From the IMG/VR virus record IMGVR_UViG_3300029305_001264: a stretch of DNA of 40,650 bases; one strand, given 5' to 3'. Source of the DNA: a virus. Every line of letters begins with the position of its first letter. The stretch's first letter is position 1. The position numbers were made by a program, and so were the translations under genes. The notes beneath the pieces were generated by a model. The model searched no databases and was not told the DNA's origin. It was given only the letters and a program-made list of their open reading frames with translations. This document shows positions 7,908 to 14,860 of the stretch, one piece after another.

Positions 7908-7949
7908 CCGGGGGATTGCCACGGCTGCGGAGCAGCCTCGCAATGACCG
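7908..7949 (+). repeat. Conserved-flank hairpin element, copy A
   Basis: GGGGGATTGCCAC-ggctg(cggag)cagcc-TCGCAATGACC. Confidence 0.8.
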
Positions 7950-7950
7950 A

Positions 7951-7987
7951 TAAAAAATAAGCGCCCCGGGGAATGACCCTGGGGCGG
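7951..7987 (-). terminator. Terminator of the repressor gene (minus strand)
   Basis: Stem cgcccc(ggg)/(ccc)tggggcg. On the minus strand it is followed by CTTATTTTTTA, 4 nt after the repressor stop. Confidence 0.6.
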
Positions 7988-7990
7988 TTA

Positions 7991-8368
7991 TTACTTATCG
8001 AGGGATTCGTAGAGCTCCCGGAACATGTCTTCCAGGGCCTGGAGTTCTGCTTCCGATTTGGAGCAGATCATTTTGATGACCGCTTTCTTCAGACGGCTGG
8101 AGCCGGTGAGGGCGGAGCCTACAAGTTCGGCGATCTCCTCTTCCTCAGACTTGGCGCAGCGCATTGGCTCCAGGCCGTGGCGCAGCCAATCTTCGTTGAT
8201 GCCGTAGGTATGGCATACACTGGCGATTACTTCTTCTTTTGGTGAAGTTTTTCCGTATTCAATGTTTTTGATCTCACTTCTGGTTCTGTGTGCCCTTGCC
8301 GCAAATTCCTCCTGAGAAAGGCCGGTGCTGTCACGAAGTATCCGGAAGCGATCATTTATAGTTTCCAT
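7991..8368 (-). CDS. CI-like XRE-family repressor (125 aa)
   Basis: The start at ATG 8368 has GGAGGTG 6 nt upstream. HTH LSQEEFAARAHRTRSEIKNIEYGKTSP. Divergent from the early operon. Confidence 0.8.
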   Translation of the reverse strand: METINDRFRILRDSTGLSQEEFAARAHRTRSEIKNIEYGKTSPKEEVIASVCHTYGINEDWLRHGLEPMRCAKSEEEEIAELVGSALTGSSRLKKAVIKMICSKSEAELQALEDMFRELYESLDK

Positions 8369-8389
8369 TTGGTTCACCTCCATGACACT

Positions 8390-8418
8390 ATTGTACATCA
8401 ACAAAATTGTGTTGTCAA
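8390..8418 (-). promoter_or_regulatory. Leftward (repressor) promoter: TTGACA-N17-TACAAT
   Basis: On the minus strand the -35 is at 8413-8418 and the -10 at 8390-8395, with an exact 17-nt spacer. Confidence 0.65.
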
Positions 8419-8516
8419 CCCAAAAATAATCAAAAAATTGTGTCAAAAGGGTTGACAACACAAAACAGGTGTGATAATATGGGTTCACAACACATAAGAG
8501 CGGTGTTCACAACACC
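8407..8516. promoter_or_regulatory. Operator-like boxes GTT(G/C)ACAACAC x4
   Basis: TTGTGTTGTCAACC (8407-8420) is the exact reverse complement of GGTTGACAACACAA (8450-8463). Two further boxes, GTTCACAACAC, lie at 8484-8494 and 8505-8515. The first two boxes contain the two -35 hexamers. Confidence 0.55.
8452..8480 (+). promoter_or_regulatory. Rightward early promoter: TTGACA-N17-TAATAT
   Basis: The -35 is at 8452-8457 and the -10 at 8475-8480, with an exact 17-nt spacer. Confidence 0.7.
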
Positions 8517-8538
8517 AAAAATACGATGTGTTCGTCCA

Positions 8539-8577
8539 GTCCGGGGATAGAGAACAGCCTAGGAAATCTAGTAAGTT
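8539..8577 (+). promoter_or_regulatory. Box-promoter copy 1: GTCCGGGGATAGAGAA-N17-TAAGTT
   Basis: 16-nt box at 8539-8554 and hexamer at 8572-8577. Confidence 0.45.
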
Positions 8578-9002
8578 GGTACGCAAGCCCCTATTGATCG
8601 CCTGTGAAATTGAGTTACCCGGGGACAGCAAGATGCCCGCCCAGATCGCCTTCCGGACGGACACCTCTGCTGATTTGTGTTCACTGACCGCAGAATGCCA
8701 CCATCACTGCAGTGGTAAAGGGATGCGAGCCCGAATGGCATTCGACTGAGGCGACAGTTGCTTAGATCAGCCCTCCCGCTTACGGAGCGACCAGACTGTC
8801 AGTTGTGCCTGACAGCGACTGCGGGAGAGTTGCCGAACACACAGATCGGGATAGGCATTAAGAAATCGATAAGGAGGTCCTTAAAGAGTTTCATGATGCA
8901 TCACCCCTTTCCGTGATAATCCCAGGCCTGCCCGGGTGATTCAATTTTACAGGCGAAGGAAAACAGCATCAAGTCCAGAATAACGGACAGAAGGAGGCCA
9001 AT

Positions 9003-9245
9003 ATGGCAAATGAAAAAATTACCGATGAGCAGGTGGAGCTGGAGATCCAGAGGCTTCAGGAATCGGAAGCGGTAAGGCTGGCGCGGCGGGAGATCGAGGT
9101 GCGGAAGCGGCGGCGGAAGTACCTCTACTATCTTCGGCAGATGGAGAAGAAGGGCAGGGCCCTGATGGAGGCCGGGGTTACCTGGGAGATGCTTCACGAT
9201 GAAAGCTATCTTGCTGAAATGCTGGAGGCGGCTGCGGAGGGGTGA
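9003..9245 (+). CDS. Hypothetical protein (80 aa), first convincing ORF of the rightward operon
   Basis: GAAGGAGG RBS. Charged helical sequence. Confidence 0.6.
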   Translation: MANEKITDEQVELEIQRLQESEAVRLARREIEVRKRRRKYLYYLRQMEKKGRALMEAGVTWEMLHDESYLAEMLEAAAEG

Positions 9246-9480
9246 TGCCCTCCCAGGGGAAGCGCATTTGATATGGAGCGGTAGGTAACGAGGAAGTAGT
9301 GAGCCGGAAGGCCGTTCAAGTCGGCCTCGCTCCAAACTGTTGCCGGATGGGCCATCCACCTGAGGTGACAGATACGATGTATGTGTCCTCCCTGATCGAT
9401 TCTCTTTGCAAAATACGAAGGGCGGCGGATGGGCCGCCCGGGGGGATAAGGAAATTTGGTTTTTGGTTTCGTCAGAGTTT

Positions 9481-9510
9481 CGGGCGGGTCATGACCCGCC
9501 CCTACAAAGG
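9481..9510 (+). repeat. GC palindrome element E, copy 1
   Basis: CGGGCGGGTCATGACCCGCCCCTACAAAGG. Its core GGGCGGGTCATGACCCGCCC is a perfect palindrome. Near-identical copy at 16651-16680. Confidence 0.8.
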
Positions 9511-9537
9511 GCAGTAATTTGAAAGGGGGTGCGGAGG

Positions 9538-9660
9538 ATGCCTGAAAATATCGTTGATTTCCTGGAGAAGATCAAGGCCATTAAGGGCGAGGCTTATGTG
9601 GAAGGTCTGGTGGCCGGTGTGGAGCTGGCAAGCCAGGAGAAGGAAGAAGAGGAGGAGTGA
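9538..9660 (+). CDS. Small acidic hypothetical protein (40 aa)
   Basis: ATG 9538 preceded by AAGGGGG and GGAGG, stop at 9658-9660. Below the ORF-track size cut-off. Confidence 0.35.
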   Translation: MPENIVDFLEKIKAIKGEAYVEGLVAGVELASQEKEEEEE

Positions 9661-9669
9661 CGGCAGTTG

Positions 9670-9721
9670 CCCTCTCAGTCACGGCATGCGCCGTGCCAGC
9701 TCTCCCAGAGGGAGAGCCATG
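9670..9721 (+). repeat. 52-bp structured repeat F, copy 1
   Basis: CCCTCTCAGTCACGGCATGCGCCGTGCCAGCTCTCCCAGAGGGAGAGCCATG, identical to 17797-17848. Here it is followed by a T-rich run. Confidence 0.85.
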
Positions 9722-9753
9722 AATTTGTTTTTATTTTGAAAGGAGGATTTTTT

Positions 9754-9951
9754 ATGGAAATCAATGAAAAGCGTTTGATCGTTCATGAGGATATGCCGGA
9801 TGCCGGTGAGGTTCAGAAGTGGCTGAAGATCTGCAGCCGGGATGATGCCGGGGAGCGCTGCAAGGAATGCCCCTGGAATAAGGATCCTTATGAGAACGGC
9901 TGCGGGAAGCTGCTGGCGGATGCGGCACGGCTGATCGCATTCCTGATGTGA
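9754..9951 (+). CDS. Small Cys-containing hypothetical protein (65 aa)
   Basis: AAAGGAGGA RBS. Motif CKECPWNKDPYENGC. Confidence 0.55.
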   Translation: MEINEKRLIVHEDMPDAGEVQKWLKICSRDDAGERCKECPWNKDPYENGCGKLLADAARLIAFLM

Positions 9952-9964
9952 GGAGGAGGCGGCT

Positions 9965-10258
9965 ATGCCCAGAATCCGGCAATACGCTGACCGGGATGCG
10001 CTGAAGGATCTCCGGGGGGAGATCGAGGCCCAGGGCTGCCGGTATGGCTACAAGAGCCAGAAGGCCCTGGCTGTGCCGCTGGGGGTGAGCCAGGGGACCG
10101 TGTGCAACTGGATGAAGGACCTGGACGGGGTCCGGCTCAGGGATCTGCGGACCATGGTGAAGAAGCTTAAGCTGGACCCGGTGATCCTGATGAAGGCGCT
10201 TGGGTACACTTCGGCGGATATTAAAAAAATAGGAGGGAATAACAGTGATCGGTCCTGA
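9965..10258 (+). CDS. HTH DNA-binding protein (97 aa)
   Basis: GAGGAGGAGG RBS. The segment SQKALAVPLGVSQGTVCNWMK is HTH-like. Confidence 0.6.
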   Translation: MPRIRQYADRDALKDLRGEIEAQGCRYGYKSQKALAVPLGVSQGTVCNWMKDLDGVRLRDLRTMVKKLKLDPVILMKALGYTSADIKKIGGNNSDRS

Positions 10259-10505
10259 ACAGAAGGGAAAATACCTGAACCAGAAGTCTGTGGAGGATAT
10301 CCTGCGGGAGAAGCGGGAGCGGGCTGAGGAGCGGGCTCAGATGCAGCGCCGGGCCAAATTCCACAGGTGGATGTGGGCACTGGCCTTGGTGGCCGGGGCC
10401 GGGGGTATGATCCACATGGTCCTGAACGGGCTCATCGATATGACGATCGGTGTGTGGCTGCTGGCGGTGCTCTGCGCCGTGTGCGGAAGGGGGACTGCTC
10501 TATGA
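10245..10505 (+). CDS. Small membrane protein (86 aa, two TM segments)
   Basis: GTG start after GGAGGG. Hydrophobic segments WMWALALVAGAGGMIHMVL and IGVWLLAVLCAVC. Confidence 0.5.
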   Translation: MIGPEQKGKYLNQKSVEDILREKRERAEERAQMQRRAKFHRWMWALALVAGAGGMIHMVLNGLIDMTIGVWLLAVLCAVCGRGTAL

Positions 10506-10804
10506 CCGGCGGCGAGGTCCACAAGGACCGGATGGCCCGATACCAGGCGGAGTATTACCGGAAGCATCGGGAGAAGAAACTGGAGCGGCAGCGGTCATAC
10601 TACCAGAAACACCGGGAGGAGCGGATCCGAAAGCAGAAGGAGTACAATGCCCGCCATAAAAAGGAAATATCCGCACGGAGGGCAGAGGCTTATGCCAAAG
10701 ACCCGGAAAAGCAGCGGCAGCGGAGCAAAGATTACTACTGGAAAAACCGGGAGAAGATCGCCCGGAAAAATGCTGAACGGAAGGCGGTGCGGTCGGATGG
10801 CTAA
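10502..10804 (+). CDS. Basic 15-residue-repeat protein, diverged paralogue (100 aa)
   Basis: ATG overlaps the upstream stop. Five degenerate units of the (Y)Y-x-K/N-x-R/K-E/D-K type: YYRKHREKK, YYQKHREER, YNARHKKEI, YAKDPEKQ, YYWKNREKI. Confidence 0.6.
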   Translation: MTGGEVHKDRMARYQAEYYRKHREKKLERQRSYYQKHREERIRKQKEYNARHKKEISARRAEAYAKDPEKQRQRSKDYYWKNREKIARKNAERKAVRSDG

Positions 10805-11309
10805 ATATACTCCGGAGGAACTGGATAAGGATTTCCGCCAGACCAAGGAGGAGATCATGGCCGGCCGGAAGCGGAGAGACGCCGAGTATCATGCCGCCTA
10901 CTATAAGGCCAACAAGGATAAGATCGCCGAGCGGCAGGCCGCCTACTATGAGGCCAACAAGGATAAGATCGCCGAGCGGAAGGCCGCCTACTATGAGGCC
11001 AACAAGGATAAGATCGCCGAGTATCAGGCCGCCTACCGGGAGGCCAACAAGGATAAGATCGCCGAGCGGCAGGCCGCCTACTATGAGGCCAACAAGGATA
11101 AGATCGCCGAGTATCAGGCCGCCTACCGGGAGGCCAACAAGGATAAGATCGCCGAGCGGCAGGCCGCCTACAGAGAGAAAAACCGGGATGCTTACAATGC
11201 GTATCATCGGGAATATCGGCGGAGGCTGCGGGAGCGGCGGAAGGCGGAGAAACTGGCAAATAGCCTTATGACCGGGGGATCGCCACTTTCTCTTCGCCCT
11301 TCGCGATGA
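10797..11309 (+). CDS. 15-residue tandem-repeat protein (170 aa)
   Basis: ATG 10797 overlaps the upstream gene end. Six near-perfect AAYYEANKDKIAE(R/Y)Q units. Confidence 0.65.
   Translation: MAKYTPEELDKDFRQTKEEIMAGRKRRDAEYHAAYYKANKDKIAERQAAYYEANKDKIAERKAAYYEANKDKIAEYQAAYREANKDKIAERQAAYYEANKDKIAEYQAAYREANKDKIAERQAAYREKNRDAYNAYHREYRRRLRERRKAEKLANSLMTGGSPLSLRPSR
10893..11162 (+). repeat. Tandem 45-bp repeat x6, with a 90-bp higher-order unit
   Basis: Units begin at 10893, 10938, 10983, 11028, 11073 and 11118. Several reading frames on both strands stay open across the array. Confidence 0.95.
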
Positions 11310-11369
11310 CTTGGTTTCATAAAAAAACCGCTCTCCGGTGGGGAGACCGGAAAGCGGTGAGGAAGATTT

Positions 11370-11412
11370 GGGAGATTGCCACACCAGTCTGAGGACTGGT
11401 TCGCAATGACCC
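11370..11412 (+). repeat. Conserved-flank hairpin element, copy B
   Basis: GGGAGATTGCCAC-accagtc(tgag)gactggt-TCGCAATGACC. Confidence 0.8.
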
Positions 11413-11459
11413 GGGATTTTGGAACAGTGCTATTTTAGCACAGATTGGAGAAATAATCA

Positions 11460-13388
11460 ATGAAAAATATTCGCATTGACCGGCTGCGGCTGGAGAACTT
11501 CAAATGCCATGAGGCCCTGGAACTGGACTTTGACGGCCAGGACCGGACGATCTACGGCGATAACGCCACGGGCAAGACCAGCATCTATGACGGCATGATC
11601 TGGCTGCTTTTCGGCAAGGATTCCGCCGGAAACGGTGAGAAGAACATCGATATCAAGCCCCTGGACAGAAATGGCAATGTGAAAGACCACGATGCCATTA
11701 CCTCTGTGGAGGCGGTGATGACCGTGGACGGGGAGGAGATCACCCTGAAGCGGACCCTGCGGGAGATCTGGAGCACCAGAAGAGGCTCCATGGAGGCGGT
11801 GTATGACGGGAATACCAGCGACTACTTTGTGAACGGTGTGCCCTGCAAGAAAAATGCCTTCGACAAGGCGGTTGGTGAGCTTGTCGATGAGGATCTGTTC
11901 CGGATGCTGACTTCGGTGAGCTGGTTCGCCGCCGGCATGAAATGGCAGGACCGCAGAAGCGTCCTCTTTGACATTGCCGGAAATATGAGCGATGAGGAGA
12001 TCATGGACCGGGATGAGCGGTTTGAAGAGCTGAGAAGCGCCAAGGGCAAGCTGACGGTGCAGGAATACAAGACGAAGCTCCTGCACCAGAAGAAGGGTCT
12101 TAGCGGCACCCGGGAGGACGGCCCCGCACGGATCAGCGAATGCCAGAAGATCCTGGAGAGCCTGAAGGGCATCGACTTTGAAGAGGCCAGGAACCGGGAG
12201 GCGGTGCTCACAAGCCGCAGAGATCGGCTCAGCGGGGAGATCATCGCCCTGGAGCAGGACGCGGCGCTGCAGAAAAAGAAGCTGGAGAAGCGGGAAGCGG
12301 AGCTGCAGCTGGAGGATCTGGAGCGGCGGAACCGTACATACCGGGAGCAGCAGCGAACCACCATGCCCAGCAGTGAGACTCTGAACCGGAGCGCCCACAA
12401 GGAGGCTATCCGGGCGGAGCAGCTGAAGAACACCATCAGCCAGAGCCGGAAGACGGTGAGCCGCCTGGAAGCGGATATCCAGGAAAGCCGGGATATGTGG
12501 GTGGCGGTGAACGCGGAGGCTTTTGTGGGCGGACAGTGCCCTGCCTGCGGCCAGAAGCTGCCTTTTGAGGCGCTGGAGAAGGCCAGCCGGGAATTCGATG
12601 CCAAGAAAGTGCTGCGACTGGATAAGATCGCCCGGGAGGCGGAGCGGCTGAAAGAGCAGCTGGCGCAGACCATGAACCGCATCGGCCAGATGGAGCAGGA
12701 ACTGGCGGAACGGGAGGAAGCGGCCCGGGAGCTGGGACGGCAGGCGGAGGAGGCCAGGACCATGGCCGGTACGGTCCGGGACCTGGAGGATTACGAAACG
12801 CTTCGGGCAGCGGCGGCGGCGAATGTGCGGGCTGTTGCTGACCAGATCGATGCCATGACCGCCGACAGCGGAAAGGTGATCCGAAAGCGCCGGGAGGAGC
12901 TGGAGGATGTGACCCAGGAGCTGAATGAGGTATGGCGGACTCTGGCGAAGGAGGGGTACCGGGATACCATGCAGCGGCGGATCGCGGAGCTGAAGGAGGA
13001 TATGCAGACAGCATCGGCGGCTATCGAGGCTATCGATAAGATGCTGTATGCCATCGAGGACTTTACTAGGTATAAGTGCCGTTTCGTGGAGGAGTCGGTC
13101 AACAGCCATTTCCGGCTGTGCAGCTTCCGGCTGTTCCGGGAGCAGGCCAACGGCGGTATCGAGGAGCGGTGTGATGCCCAGCAGGGCGGTGTGCCCTTCC
13201 TGGGACTGAACAACGGCATGCGGGTGAATGTTGGCATCGACATCATAAACACCCTGAGCCGGCACTATGGGGTGACGGTGCCGCTGATCGTGGACAACGC
13301 AGAGGCGGTGACCCAGCTGGAGGAGAGCGGCGCTCAGGTGATCCGGCTGGTGGTAAGCGAAAATGATAAGGAGTTGAGGATCGTATGA
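11460..13388 (+). CDS. Rad50/SbcC-like SMC-family ATPase with central zinc hook (642 aa)
   Basis: N-terminal Walker A GDNATGKTS. Long central coiled coil with CPAC (12537-12548) at mid-length. C-terminal PLIVDNAEAV resembles Walker B / D-loop. Confidence 0.8.
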   Translation: MKNIRIDRLRLENFKCHEALELDFDGQDRTIYGDNATGKTSIYDGMIWLLFGKDSAGNGEKNIDIKPLDRNGNVKDHDAITSVEAVMTVDGEEITLKRTLREIWSTRRGSMEAVYDGNTSDYFVNGVPCKKNAFDKAVGELVDEDLFRMLTSVSWFAAGMKWQDRRSVLFDIAGNMSDEEIMDRDERFEELRSAKGKLTVQEYKTKLLHQKKGLSGTREDGPARISECQKILESLKGIDFEEARNREAVLTSRRDRLSGEIIALEQDAALQKKKLEKREAELQLEDLERRNRTYREQQRTTMPSSETLNRSAHKEAIRAEQLKNTISQSRKTVSRLEADIQESRDMWVAVNAEAFVGGQCPACGQKLPFEALEKASREFDAKKVLRLDKIAREAERLKEQLAQTMNRIGQMEQELAEREEAARELGRQAEEARTMAGTVRDLEDYETLRAAAAANVRAVADQIDAMTADSGKVIRKRREELEDVTQELNEVWRTLAKEGYRDTMQRRIAELKEDMQTASAAIEAIDKMLYAIEDFTRYKCRFVEESVNSHFRLCSFRLFREQANGGIEERCDAQQGGVPFLGLNNGMRVNVGIDIINTLSRHYGVTVPLIVDNAEAVTQLEESGAQVIRLVVSENDKELRIV

Positions 13389-14122
13389 AGATAAAAGACA
13401 GAGCCAAGCCCAAGGCCCCGCCGGTGGAGCCGGGTGTTTACATGGCCGTTTGCATCGGCATCGTGGATCTGGGAGAGCAATACTCCGAGAAATTCAAAAG
13501 CTACTCCAATAAGGTGAAGTTCGTGTGGGCACTGCCCGGTGAACTGATGACCATTGACGGCAAGGAGGAGGAGCGGCAGCTGAGCAAGGAATTCACCGTA
13601 TCCGTGAGCAAAAAGGGCAGCCTCAGAGGATTTCTGGAGAGCTGGAACGGCAGAAGCTACTCCGATGAAGAATTCGGTGAGCTGGATGTATTTGAGCAGC
13701 TGGGGAAGGCATGCCAGCTCCAGGTGGTGCTGAACGAGACCAAGGAATACTCCAATGTGGCGAATCTGATGCCCATCCCCAGAGGCATGCCCGCGCCCCA
13801 GAGCAAAACGGCCATGTATATCTGGGATATGGAAAAGTGGGACGATGACCTTTTCCTGAAGCTGCCGGAGTGGACGAGGGAGCAGATCATGAAGTCCAGC
13901 CAGTACCAGAAAGAGCATGTGCCGGTGACGGATGTGGCGGTGGATGGTGGAACCAACTTGGGCACGACCCCTCAGTCGGCTTCGCCGACAGCTCCCCTTA
14001 CGCAGGGGAGCCAAGGGCTGGGTGGAACCAACGGGGGGATTGCCACGGCCTCCGGCCTCGCAATGACCGGAAACGGGAACATGACCGGGACTGCCGCTAC
14101 GGGAGGAGGCGCTCCTTTTTGA
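13385..14122 (+). CDS. Recombination-module protein, possibly DUF669-type ssDNA-binding/accessory (245 aa)
   Basis: ATGA coupling to the ATPase gene. The N-terminal PPVEPGVYMAVCIGIVDLGE pattern resembles DUF669-type phage proteins (family assignment from memory only). Low-complexity Gly/Thr tail. Confidence 0.55.
   Translation: MKIKDRAKPKAPPVEPGVYMAVCIGIVDLGEQYSEKFKSYSNKVKFVWALPGELMTIDGKEEERQLSKEFTVSVSKKGSLRGFLESWNGRSYSDEEFGELDVFEQLGKACQLQVVLNETKEYSNVANLMPIPRGMPAPQSKTAMYIWDMEKWDDDLFLKLPEWTREQIMKSSQYQKEHVPVTDVAVDGGTNLGTTPQSASPTAPLTQGSQGLGGTNGGIATASGLAMTGNGNMTGTAATGGGAPF
14033..14068 (+). repeat. Conserved-flank hairpin element, copy C (inside the 3-prime end of the preceding CDS)
   Basis: GGGGGGATTGCCAC-ggcc(tcc)ggcc-TCGCAATGACC. 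It is translated as GGIATASGLAMT. Confidence 0.8.
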
Positions 14123-14835
14123 GATTTGAGAGCATTGCATCTTCCAGCCACGGAAATGCCTATATGCTGGATGACGGGTGGACGAAGCTGCTGATCGAGT
14201 GCGGTCTGACTTATAAGAAGCTTACCCAGGGGCTGGGCTGGAAGCTGTCGGAGATCGATGGTGTGCTGGTGAGCCATGAGCACAAGGACCATGCCGGGTG
14301 CGTGGAGAAGCTGCTTAAGGACGGCATGGACTGCTACATGAGCAGCGGGACGGCGGAGGCTCTGGAGCTGCCTGAAAAGCTGCTGGAGCTGGCTCACGGC
14401 ATCGAGGCTGGGGAAATGTTTACGGTGGGGAGTATGCACATACTCCCCTTCCAGACCTACCACGATGCCCTGGAGCCGCTGGGGTTCTGCATTCAGAGCG
14501 AAGTGGACTGGGATATCTTCGTATACGCCATCGATACGGTGAATCTCCCGTACCGGTTCCCGGGGGTGAACATCCTGGCGGTGGAGGCGAATTTTGACAA
14601 GGAGATCCTGGCACGGTGCGAGAAGATGCCGGAAAAAGTGCGCAAGCGTGTAAGCAATACCCATATGGAGATCGAGATGCTGTGCCGGTGCCTTAAGCGG
14701 ATGGATCTGCGGGCCTGCCGGGAACTGCACCTGATGCATCTGTCGGATGCAACGAGCCATGAGGGGCATTTCATCAACAAGGTGCGGCGGTATGTGCCAC
14801 CGCATGTGAAAGTCTATACCTGCGGAAGGGAGTGA
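14119..14835 (+). CDS. MBL-fold metallo-hydrolase (238 aa)
   Basis: TTG start after GGAGGAGG gives the typical N-terminus MRFESIASSSHGNAYML. The motif SHEHKDHAG corresponds to HxHxDH. Confidence 0.75.
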   Translation: MRFESIASSSHGNAYMLDDGWTKLLIECGLTYKKLTQGLGWKLSEIDGVLVSHEHKDHAGCVEKLLKDGMDCYMSSGTAEALELPEKLLELAHGIEAGEMFTVGSMHILPFQTYHDALEPLGFCIQSEVDWDIFVYAIDTVNLPYRFPGVNILAVEANFDKEILARCEKMPEKVRKRVSNTHMEIEMLCRCLKRMDLRACRELHLMHLSDATSHEGHFINKVRRYVPPHVKVYTCGRE

Positions 14836-14860
14836 TTTAGCTGTGGCCAGACCCGGCATT

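Noticed and set aside
8528-8749. 73-aa + strand ORF directly after the early promoter, a possible cro
   Set aside because: It has a GTG start without an RBS, no HTH and a Cys/His/Arg-rich odd composition. It overlaps box-promoter copy 1 and strong RNA helices, so I treat the region as non-coding.
9274-9333. tRNA-like minihelix: GGAGCGG ... GGCCG-TTCAAGT-CGGCC-TCGCTCC-A
   Set aside because: The T-arm and a 7-bp acceptor pairing are present, but the whole unit is only 60 nt. The 28 nt in between form neither a D-arm nor an anticodon arm. It may be a chance match or a decayed tRNA remnant, so I do not call it a gene.
9299-9517. 72-aa ORF (GTG start) in the gap after 9003-9245, and the similar doubtful ORFs 9554-9739 and 16537-16812
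   Set aside because: They have no RBS and are made largely of translated palindromic elements (E and F) and GC-rich hairpins. Better-supported small ORFs with RBSs (9538-9660, 9754-9951, 16683-17096) occupy the same DNA in other frames.
9754-10258. A small unknown gene followed by an HTH gene, as an anti-CRISPR/Aca pair
   Set aside because: The arrangement alone is not evidence. I recognise no similarity to known Acr or Aca families, and such pairs are frequent in early regions for many reasons.
10893-11162. The 45-bp tandem array, and the 10-bp array at 15151-15210, as CRISPR arrays
   Set aside because: The repeats are contiguous with no spacers. Both arrays are in frame inside coding genes, and no cas genes are present.
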